Shown: positions 35,165-45,263 of the stretch, piece by piece | How the letters are laid out: each line of letters begins with the position of its first letter | Numbering within the stretch: position 1 is the first letter of the stretch | NCBI GenBank assembly: GCA_048213135.1 | Contig: PS015137.1 | Span: 93,373-138,635 of the forward strand | Reading direction: 5' to 3' | Source of the DNA: Reclinomonas americana ATCC 50394 | Lineage: Eukaryota | Length of the DNA: 45,263 nt | Notes under the pieces: model-generated | The model's input: only the letters and a program-made list of their open reading frames with translations | Told to the model about the DNA's origin: nothing | The model's database searches: none | Translations under genes and position numbers: made by a program

Positions 35165-37974
35165 TGAGTGAGTGAGTGTGTGAGAGAGAGAGAGTGAGAG
35201 TGAGCGAATGTGAGAGAGAGAGAGAGAGTAATCGAGTGTCCGGAAAGATATCAGCCTCACAATACACTCACTCTCTCTCTCTCCTTCTCCGCTCTTCTCT
35301 CTCTCAGTGAGGCCGCTGGTGCATCACCTGTGCCTGCGCCCTCCAGTGCGCTCTCTGCGCGACGGCCGCCTGCACTGGAGAGCATTGTGGCGGCGGCCTC
35401 TTCTGCTGCGGCGCCCGCGAGCAACCCGCGATCGTCGTTGACTGTGACACCAGCGACTCCGCAGCAGCAACAGCAGTCGGGTGCTCCGGCGAGTCAGCGG
35501 TTACGGAGTGGGTTGGTGAGTTGCTGGGAGTCAGTTAGAGAGCTTCTCAGGGCCCTCTCTGTTTGCTTTTGGGGCCCGTTGTCACTCATTATGGCCATCA
35601 CCTCATGCTCGTTGTGGTCCTCTGCTGTTCTTCACAAGGCACTCGCTTTTGCTCATTCCGGGCCCTCTCTGTTTGCGGTCCTTTTCTCTCTCCTCTTGCT
35701 TGTTGTGGTTCGCACTGTTGACGGTCCTGGATTCGTTACACGAGGCCCTCATGCTGTTCATCCAGAGCCCTCTTTGTTGCGGTCCTTGATTCTTTCACAA
35801 GGACCTCCCTTTGCTCATTCGGGCCCTCTCTGTTGCTCATTTCTCTCCTCTTGCTTGACGTGGTCCTTGATCCTTTCACAAGGACCTCCCTTTGCTCATT
35901 CTGGCCCTCTCTGATGCGGCTCTTGATTTATTCACTCCGGGCCCTCTCTGTTTGCGGTCCTTTTTCTCTCCTCTTGCTCGTTGTGGTCCTCACTGTTGGT
36001 GGTCCTGGATTCATTGTACGAGGCCCTCCTGTTGCTCACTTCTCTCCTCCTGGTTGACGTGGTCCTTGATTGATTGCACGAGGCCCTCCCTTTGCTCATT
36101 CGGGCCCTCTCTGTTGACGGCCCTTGATCTATTGCACGAGGCCCTCCTGCTGCTCATTCCGGGCCCTCTCTGTTGGCGATGCGTCGTTGAGGCCCGTTGT
36201 CACTCTTTCTGGCCCACTCCTCTTGCTATTTGTGGTCCTCTGTTGACGGTCCTTTATTTATCATGCGGTCCTCCTGCTGCTCCGGGCCCGCTTTGTTCAT
36301 TGGGCCCTCTCTGCTATCTCATCTTGATTCATTCCTGTTGTTCATCTCGGTCCTTGATTCTATCACAAGGCCCTTCTCTGTGCTCACTCCTCCCTTCCCA
36401 TCTCCGCCTCTCAGGACCGCCCCTCCCAACAAGGCCCCTCGCCCACCGGCACTCCAGGCTCCGCCGCCGCCTCTGCCGCCAGTGCCGCCGCGGCTGCCGT
36501 CGGCGCCAGCGCCGGAACCGCCCGTCCTCGCTCGGGCATTGCGTTGGCGGGTCTCACTGGGGCGCCGCCGGCCGCCGCCGCCGGTGCATCGTCATCCGAT
36601 CGCGGCAGTGTGCAGTCGACGGGCGGGCCGTCGCCCACCAGCCTGCAACCGTCACCGCGACCAGGCAATTTGCCTTCGCCTCGGCAGACTGGTTCTTCGT
36701 CGTCCGCTGCCGCGCAGGCCGCCAACGGCAACGCCGCCGCGTCGGGGGCTGGCACGTCGCCGTCGCGGCCGAAATCCGGCGTCTTTGGCAACGCGCTCGC
36801 CACGCTTCTGGCGCAGCAGTCGGCTCGCGACAGTGTCTCCAGTGCCGGCGGCTCCTCCGACGGTGGTGGCAGTGGCAGTGGAGGTGGTGGTGGAGGCCCT
36901 CCGAATGCAAGGAGCTCCATGTTGCGTGACCCGGTTGTGTGTGAGCGGTGCGGACTGGTGAAATCATTGACACACGCACGATGCAGGCGTGTGTCAGGTG
37001 CGACTCCAGGATTGGCTGCTCTCGCCGACCGCCTATCCTCAGCTCGGAGGAATAGCATGACAATGTCGAGTGACACTCCAGAAAGAGGTGCGGTTGTCGC
37101 GATGTCTGCACTGCGTGACCTGCATGCTCATTTCTCTCGCGCAGGCACATCACGATCGCGAGAGAATGTTGCGTGTCCTCCTTCCCCCCCTTTTGTGTGT
37201 TTTATTTCAGCAAGAAGAAGAAGAAGAACAAGAACAAGAAGAAGAAGAACAACAACAACAAGAAGAAGAAGAAGAAGAAGAAGAAGAAGATGGAGAAGGT
37301 GGAGAACAAGAACAAGAAAAAGGAGGAAGAGGTGGTAAAGGGAGGAGGAGGAGGAGAAGAAGAAGAACAAGAAGAAGGAGAAGGAGAAGAAGAAGAAGAA
37401 GAAGAAGAAGAACAAGAACAAGAACAAGAACAAGAAGGAGAGGGAGAAGGAGGAGGAGGAAGAAGAAGAACGAGAACAAGAAGGACAAGAAGAACAAACA
37501 CAGGAATAGAAGAAGAGGAAGAAGATGAAGATCAAGACAAGCTATAACAGCAACCGTGTACATGCAGTCTCGCGCGTCAGTGCGCAGCGAGGACACGGTG
37601 CTGCAGACGTTCCAGCAGGATTTCGACGACACATTTTCGCGGCTGCGAGAGCGTCTCGAGGACCGGTTAGTGGCGTTGCGTTCCATGAAGAGCACGCTGC
37701 TCGATGAGGTCGGCCCGGTGGAGACAAGGTGCGTTCGTGCTGTGATTGTTGTGCGCGCGACAGCATGCTTATCAATTGTGTGCGCGTGCGCAGAGTGGAC
37801 TCGCTCGTGCAGCGGCTGGAGAATTTCGGCGATCGGTCGGCCCGCAAGGTGGAGAGTATCAAGGAGGCTGCGAAGGCGGAGATTGACAGGCAGGTCGCAA
37901 ATTACACCGCCTCACGTGCTGCAGCGGCAGCGGCATCGTCAGCTGCACCACCGGCTGGCGTGGCGGCGTCGTAA
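34991..37974 (+). CDS. Seven-exon Ala/Ser/Pro-rich protein of unknown function with a C-terminal coiled coil
   Basis: Exons 34991-35043, 35308-35515, 36415-36920, 36987-37087, 37145-37167, 37568-37728 and 37794-37974 join in phase (MSILKRATAAVRQRASV-SEAAG...; FQQDFDDTFSRLRERLEDRL; VDSLVQRLENFG). Ends TAA. Confidence 0.72.
35545..36400. repeat. Diverged intronic minisatellite (ggccctct / gctcattc / ggtccttgat cores, about 60-bp period)
   Basis: ggtccttgat.ctttcacaaggacctccctttgctcattc occurs at both ~35781 and ~35862, with many partial copies. Confidence 0.8.
37210..37540. repeat. Intronic (AAG)n/(AAC)n microsatellite
   Basis: Direct reading; inside intron 37168-37567. Confidence 0.92.
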
Positions 37975-38027
37975 ATGTATAATTGTATGGTACAGATTGG
38001 ATATTCATTTGCTAAAACGAAGAGGGG

Positions 38028-39139
38028 TCACCAGCTGACAGGGTCATCTTTAAAGCGTCGACGTGCCACAACCTCAGCCTCCTCGACGATGAAGCAGCGC
38101 AAAACAATCTCCACAAGGCAGCGCGGCTCCTGTTCCTCTTCTGCCTCTTGCTGTATCTCCTGCACAGCGCACATTGCCGAACGCGCGCTGTCGACCTCCA
38201 GCCGAGCGAGACCAAGTGGAGTAGAATACACACGGATAACCGGGTCTCGATTCTGGAGCCCAGTCACGAGGCGATGGGGAGCGACGGCAACAGCCGATAT
38301 CATGTCCGTGTGTGTGTCGAATCGTCGCACTTCCTTGCCACTCGCCAGTGACCACACACTCACTTCGCTGTTGTCCCTCACGCAGACAACGTACTGGCGT
38401 CGGGAGTGGCGGCGACAGCGAACAAACGATCAATGTGTCGCTCAAAACGCCGCACTTCCTCGCCACTCGCCAGCGACCACACCCGCACGGTTTTGTCACG
38501 TCCCCCGCTCACAATTTGCTGCCCATCGGGGGTGATGGCGACTGATTGCACCCGAGCCGTGTGTCCCTCCATCCGTCGCACCTCAGCGCCACTTACCAGT
38601 GACCACACTCGCACTGTCTTGTCCTCACTGCCACTCACCACGTGCTGGCCATCGGGAGTGAGAGCAACAGTCGTCACCCAACCAGTGTGCCCACGCAGCT
38701 GGGGCATTTCTGCTCCACTCGAGAGCGACCACACGAGTACGTTGCTGTGCATGAGCCCTCCGCCCACGATATGCTGGCCATCGGGGGTCACAGCGATAGA
38801 CCACACCCCTCCAATGTAACCCTTCCACTGGTGCACTTGATTCCCACGGGCCAGCGACCACACCCGCACTGTCATGTCGGCACTCCCACTCACAACATGC
38901 TTACCGTCGGGAGTGACGGCGACAGCAAACACCCATCCATGGTGTCCCTGCAGTCGTTGCACTTCCCGACCGCTCGCCAGTGACCACACTCGCACAGTCA
39001 TGTCTTTACTGCCACTCACAACGTGATGCCCGTCGGGAGTGAGAGCGACAGCAGTGACCGCCCATGTGTGCCCGTGTAGGCACTGGCACCACAAAGGAGG
39101 AGGAGGTGGAGGAGGAATGGGAGGAGGAGCTGAGGCCAT
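38028..39139 (-). pseudogene. Ninth WD40 family copy, inverted and detached from the array, with a 1-bp frameshift in repeat 6 (pseudogene or sequencing error)
   Basis: ORF 39139-38378 holds repeats 1-6a; ORF 38381-38028 holds the remainder and the family tail (GLARLEVDSARSAM...PRCLVEIVLRCFIVEEAEVV). Sense strand reads CCC GAC GCC AGT where paralogs have CCC GAC GGC CAG, i.e. one G is missing at ~38398. Confidence 0.7.
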
Positions 39140-39369
39140 GCTGTGATGAGGGGTGAGTGCACGCGCGCTCGACTAGACCGAGCTCGAGTGTAATGAAAGA
39201 CGCGGGACAACAATGAAGTCCAGATGCGACTTTGAAGTTCCTTCTGACTGTGGCTGAAGCTGCGCTGGTGAGCGAGGACACTGGCCTGCATTGGGCTTGG
39301 GCAGGCTTCACACGGCAGTTTTCTTTCACCGGTGCATCATTTTTCCTATTTCACGACTGTCTTTATGTA

Positions 39370-40239
39370 TCAGAGCAACATACACGCACTGGAGCGCGTG
39401 GTACTCGACGACGACACACTTGTCGCATCTGCACCGTCTGTCATCTGCACGCGCGTACTGGCGGTGAGCACCATGGCATGAAACGGAGAAGAGCAAAGAG
39501 ATGTCAGCACGCCACTCCATAAATCACTCACCTGCGCCCTCGCGCGCAACATCTCCAACTCTAACCGCTGGCGCGTCTGCACCTCCTTGGCCAGCATGTC
39601 TTCGTATCGTAATCTCTCGATTTCCTGCCCCAAAACAACCATCAGCAACACCTTCACACCTTTCCCCCCTTCTTTCCCCTTTTTCTCCCCCACCTTCTCC
39701 CTCGCCAACCGATCCAACTGCGTCTTCAGCTCCTCCTTCTCCTGCTGAATGCGCACCATCATCGTCATCAACGAGGTGGTCATGTCAGCCGACGCGCCAC
39801 CACCACCACCACCAACTCCCATCTCCGGCGAGTGGGTGAGGTCGGCCTCGTTTCCCTGCAGGCCGACATGGATGCTCGGCGCCGACGGCGACAAGCACGA
39901 CCACTCGGACATGGGCGCCTCCGACTGCGACGGCGAGTGAACGGGCGGTGGTGGTGATGCGTTGGTCGACTGCCCAAGCGTGTGCGCAATGTCACGCATC
40001 CGATCCTCCGGCAGCGACAGCACGGGAACCGGTGCGGTGGTTGCGCGCATGGCCACCGGCGGGGTGACACGTTCGACCGGCGATGGGGACGTGGAGCGCG
40101 TGAGATGCGACGAGGCCGTTGACGTGTCGTCGTCGTCGGTGTGGGCGGGTGCAACACGAGCCGGAGACGGTTTGCCGCTGGCTAATGGTGGCTTGCTAGC
40201 AGTCGCTCTGCTGGGTGGCTCGTTTGGCAGGAGGTCGGC

Positions 40240-40287
<48 letters not shown>

Positions 40288-40305
40288 GAGGGAGGGAGAG
40301 TGAGT

Positions 40306-40346
<41 letters not shown>

Positions 40347-40370
40347 NNNNNNNNNNNNNNNNNNNNGACG

Positions 40371-40410
<40 letters not shown>

Positions 40411-43400
40411 GAGACAGAGAGAGGGGGAGAGTGAGTGAGTGAGAGAGAAAGAGGCGAGACAGAGAGAAGTGAGACAGAGAGAAGTGTGACAGGGAGCAGT
40501 GAGACAGGGAGCAGTGAGACAGAGAGAAGTGGGACAGAGAGAAAGAGAGGGAGAGACAGAGAGAAGTGAGGCAGAGAGAAGTGTGACAGAGAGAGAGAGA
40601 GACAGAGAGGGAGAAAGGGAGACAGAGAGAAGTGAGACAGAGAGAAGTGAGACAGAGAGAAATGAGATAGAGAGAGAAAGAGACAGAGAGAGAGAGAGAG
40701 AGAGAAATAAAAGCGAGACTCGCGCACGAGTGACCGTGATCGTCGCGACGCAACGATTCACACTCTGCCGGGACGGAGAGAACAGCTCCGCTTGCGCCAC
40801 CGCCCGATCACGCTCAAACTTGGCGTCAAGCGACAACGGAGCGGGTGGTTCCCTGGTCGCCTTGGCCGGCACAGGCTCTGCTACCACCGGCGGCGGCGGC
40901 GGCGACGGCTCCCTCGGCTCCGGGGACGGCTTGCGCAGGATGCCCTTGATGGGCGGCGTCACCGTCTCGTTCGAACGCGGCGTAAACTCACTGCCGCCCT
41001 CGCTCTCCGCTCCGTCCGTCTCCGATCCCACATCACTCGTACCGCTCTGCGACGACGCGTCGGGGAACGACACACGGCGAGCACGACCGCGTCGTTGCTG
41101 TCGTCGTTGTCGTCGCTCCTCGTGCGTCATCACTGGCGGCGCGGCGGCGGTGGCAGTGCCCACACCGCCGACAATCGCATCTGCTGGCAGCTGTCGCCGC
41201 CGCACACCGCTGCCGCTGCTGCCACTGCCGCGTTCGAGTGACCGAGCGCTGCTGCTACCGCCACTGCTGCCACCGGCCTTGTCACCGCCTCCACCACCAC
41301 CACCGCTTCGGCTGCCGGTGACCTTGTCGGACTCGTCGGGCGCCAGATCGGTCCACCGACGCACATACAGCTCTGGAGGCTTGACTTTTTCGTCGGGGTG
41401 TCCCATGACCTGCAGGTGGCGTTTTTCAGCATCATCCGAAAGGAGGGAGGGCAGGAGACAGACAGCGTACCTTGAAGAGGATGCCACTCTCGTACAAGTA
41501 GTCAATGTACGAGCGATCCACATTGTCGACGGTGAGGAGGTCGCAGTACTGGAAACGGGCATTGGCGCCGGACGAGTGCTGCGCATGTGGATGTGTAAGA
41601 AGGCAACCTTCTTCATCAAAAGAGAGAGAAGAGGGAATCATGCGCCACCTCCGTTGATCGATCAAAGTCCTCCATGTAGAAGCGGTAGGTAATGTACACA
41701 TCCTTCGAATCCATCTGACTGAGTCCACGCACGGCCAACACGCGCACTTCGTAGTTCACGCATTTGCCAATGAGCTCCTCCGGTTCTTCCACCATGTCGA
41801 CGGCGTCGGGGTCGCCAAAGTTGTCCACCGGAACACTGCGACGAGGTATAAGAGGAAAGAAGGAGGGAGTGCAACACGAGCGAAGCCAAGGACGCAACAC
41901 TTCCACATGGAGAGCGCCAGCGTCGCGTGTGCCGGTCATGATGGGGAACCTGGAGGAGGTGGTGAGCCAAGGGCGAGACGAAAATGCGGTTGACATATGT
42001 CTCACCAGTCCTTCAAGTCCATGTTGTAGGCCAGCGGTCGCAGGTACACCATGCACGCACCAATCTCCTGGTGATCGGGCGGGTCGTAGAATGGGTCCTT
42101 GTCGAGAGGCAAGTGGAACGACTGCCAAAAATCAAGTGAGGGAATGATGGAGACAGCATGATCCTCTCCAAAGAGACCAAACCTGCTGCATGTCCAGCGC
42201 CTGCAACACCTCCTCGTAGATCTCCTGCATGAGGAAGAGACGATTTTCGAGTTTTTCAGGCGTCCAATACGCCTTGGTGCCATTCCAGTGTCTCCGAACT
42301 TCCACGCACACACCAGACTGGAAGGGATAAAGTCAACCAAATGTTCACCGACATTGCCAACTCTCAGAGGCACGCAACGAGATCGTCAGCCGCGGCCGAC
42401 GACGCGCCACTGATGATGGACGATGCGGTGGCTCGCATTTGGCACTCAAACGAGACCGGGCGGCGCAGCTCTTGTGCAAGCGCATTGGCCTCGGCCACTC
42501 GTGGAAGAAGCTGTCCACACACGTAAGCACTCCTGTTGCTCTCACCAATTAAAACAAAAATGCACTTACAAACCTGCAAGAGCCGCTCCTCCGCCATTTT
42601 CCTTGACAATCGCTGCTTCTCAAGCGACGCATCCTCACGTAGTCGCTTCTCCGTCTCCTTTTTCAAGTTCTCCTCCAGCTGCCTGTTCTTCTCCTCCAAT
42701 TGCCGCTGCTGCTCGGCAAACTGGCGCTTCAGCTCCGTCTGTGCGTGAAGAACAAGTTGGTGTCAACACAAGAGAGGTAAGAGTGCCATTCAATGACACA
42801 CCTCCGTCTCCTCATTCCGCTGCGCTCTGGCCTCGGCCAGTCTGTGTTCGTAGTCGCGACGAATCTACAATAATTGCAAGTGAGCGTGTGTGTGCGCCCA
42901 GAGTGTGTGCAATGCGTCTTCCCGAGTCACGCACCTCCTCCTCTTTGCGTTTGATTTCGAGTTCTTGAGCGGCCTTGGAGCGCGCCAATTCCACCTCCAG
43001 TTCTGCTCTATTTTTCTCCCGCTCGTGTGCCAGCTTGCGCTCCACCTCTTCGGGGTCCACAAAGCCTTGTTCACGAAGCAGTTCCTGGAGAAGAGAGATT
43101 TCAGGAAGGTGGAAGAGGAAGGGGGGTGGCGGAGAAAGAAGGAGGTGATCAACAGCAAGAAGAGTGGAGAGAGAGAGAGAGAGAGTGCAATGCAAGACAT
43201 TATGACGGAGAAACGCGCAGTGGGAAACAACAAAAAGCGGTAATCCACAGCAAGAAGAAGGAGCGAACGACAAGCGGAGAGAGAGGAGTGTAACGCAAGA
43301 GAGGACGGCTGCCAGAACGCGCTGATGTAGTGATAAACGATAATGAAGGGACAGAATTGACATGTGGTGAAGGAAGAGAGAGAGAGATAGAGAAGGAGTG

Positions 43401-43482
43401 CAATAAGAGAGGATGGCTGCCAGAACGTGCTGTGGGCAACAGAGGGAGTAATGCACAATAATTAAGGGACGGAGGCGGCGTG

Positions 43483-43519
<37 letters not shown>

Positions 43520-45197
43520 AAGAGAGGAGGGAGTGCAATGCAAGCGATAATGGCTGCCAGAACGCGCTGTGGGCAACTGAGGGACTGACAACAGTTGCGG
43601 GACGGAAACAACAAGCTGAGAGAGAGAGAGAGAGAGAGAGAGGAATGCACTGCAAGAACGCGCTGCGCGCAGCTGAGAAATTGATATACAATAATTAAGG
43701 GACGGAAACAACAAGCGGGGAGAGAGAGAGAGAGAGAGAAAGGATGGCCGCGAGTACGCGTTGAGGGCAACAGAGGGTGTGTTCAACACGAAGTAAGGGA
43801 CGAAACGACGTGTTGTTGAGAGAGAGAGAGACAAAGGTATTGGAAAAAAGCAGGGACGGGAGGCTGCACGTACCTTTTGCGCAAAATCCCAATCGAGTGC
43901 GTTCATATCGGATCCGCCGCGTTCCTGTTTTCGTTGCGCCACCTCCAGAGGATGCACAAAGCGGAACACGTGCGACGTGCCGATAATCACTCGATCGCCC
44001 TGTGTTTTGAAGAATGTGAGCGAAGAAGGGGGAAACAAGGGCTACGCAGTGGGTGACGCAACATGTCGGAGCTTGACTTTGCCCTCCGACTGCTTGCCGT
44101 TGACAAAGGTCTTGAAGCGTTCGTCCTTGGCAATGTGCTTCATGTACACCGTGTCGCCTGCAGAGACGAGGAACTTGAGAAGGAGATCTCTCCGTGTCAC
44201 CTTGCCCACCTCGCCTCGCCTCCCACGCACCATTAAAGATAAACTTGACATGCCGTCTGGCCACCGACACGCCACTGAGATCCACGTCGGCCTTTCTCTT
44301 GCCCGACGTCTTGCCAAACACCGTGATGCCCTCTTGCAAAAAATACACGAGACTCTCCGACATTAGTGGATCCTCGCAGAGATTGACGAGGTGCGGCGTT
44401 GTTTTCACATCGGCGCCGACCGGAATATTAAGGCCAGCGTCCTGCAGCGGCGGCGCCGCGTGAGTCACCTACCCACACACACGCCTCTCACATCTCCCTG
44501 AGCACGCACCGACAAGGCCTGCTCTCTCGTCTCATTCAGCTTCCGCGTCTGTAATCTCCTCTCCTCCGTGGTCATGCGCAGTTGCTCAATAATGGCCTCG
44601 CTCTGCGCCAGTTGATCGCGCAAAGCCTGCACCTCGTCATCCGTGCCCGCCTCGCCAGGTGTCTCACCATTGGTCCCTGCCGTCACGCCTCTGTGTCAGT
44701 CAAGGCTTTTCTCATCCCACCCTTACCCTCCCACACTTACCGAGTGCCGATCGCAGCCGGTCGACTTCCTCGCGCAGCTCTCGAATGAGCTTGGCTTGCG
44801 GATCCTCGTTCTTGACGGCACGGTTGCGGATGCGCTTGGCCGAGTCGGCGTAGCGCAGCGTCGACAACGACTCCTCGTAGTTGACCGACGCCGGCGACAC
44901 GGCGGCAATCATAATGGTGCGCGAGTTGCCGCCGAGTGACTCCTTGAGCAGCCAGGTCAGCACCGAGTCGCGGTACGGCACCACCATCTTCTTGCCACCG
45001 GCGCCGACTCGGTGCGACGAATTGTGCACCAGGGCGTTGATGACTTTGCCGAGGGTGGTAAGCGACTGGTTGATGGCGCAGCCCTCTTTCAGGCGGTCGC
45101 CCGTGGCGCCGCTGGCGTTCGCGCGCTCCGAGCCGGCCAGGTCGACCAGGTGGATGCGGGAGATGGTGCTGTGGCTTTTCTTGACGACGGGGTCGGT
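39370..45197 (-). CDS. Kinesin-3 family motor (3' part): end of motor domain, FHA domain, coiled coils, low-complexity tail, C-terminal CaaX; 5' end beyond the window
   Basis: [73 protein letters not shown] region [20 protein letters not shown]...[49 protein letters not shown]. About 18 exons in phase, ending ...[11 protein letters not shown]. Subfamily not assignable by eye. Confidence 0.93.
40243..40710. repeat. Intronic (GA)n microsatellite and gagacagagagaagt-type minisatellite with a 20-N break
   Basis: Direct reading. Confidence 0.9.
43160..43860. repeat. Diverged tandem repeat (about 120-bp period) in a kinesin intron
   Basis: Recurring ggctgccagaacg (~43307, ~43415, ~43552), aagggacggaaacaacaagc and (GA)n blocks. 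Confidence 0.7.
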
Positions 45198-45263
45198 CTG
45201 CAAATAGGGGAGAATGGGGGAAGGGGGAAGGGAGGAAGTGAGGGGAAGGGAAGGGGAAGGGGA

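Noticed and set aside
1-45263. Alternative genetic code or non-GT-AG introns
   Set aside because: All three stops terminate genes, conserved Prp3 and kinesin exons have no in-frame stops, and every traced intron fits GT-AG.

Overview
Eukaryotic (protist-like) genomic DNA with standard stop usage (TAA, TAG and TGA all end genes), short intergenic spacers, many GT-AG introns (mostly about 55-80 nt, a few long ones filled with microsatellites) and several assembly N-gaps. Gene models were traced by hand from splice signals and reading-frame phase. In order: (1) a large Pmp-like beta-helix + Cys-rich + multipass-TM surface protein (+, 5' end outside the window); (2) an unknown coiled-coil/Lys-rich gene (-); (3) an unknown Ser/Arg-rich gene (+); (4) a tandem array of eight intronless seven-repeat WD40 genes (18559-29696, +) with a shared novel C-terminal tail, interrupted by one coiled-coil gene; (5) PRP3 (-); (6) an unknown low-complexity gene (+); (7) a ninth, inverted, frameshifted WD40 copy; (8) the 3' part of a kinesin-3 gene ending in a CaaX motif (-). 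Two signals stand out. First, roughly 20 of about 70 hand-traced introns use a one-base-shifted donor (GTTGCG, also GTTACG/GTTGAG) instead of GTGCGT/GTACGT/GTGAGT. Second, the WD40 array looks like a diversifying, recombining recognition repertoire. No database searches or RNA data were available, so all functional interpretations are inferences.
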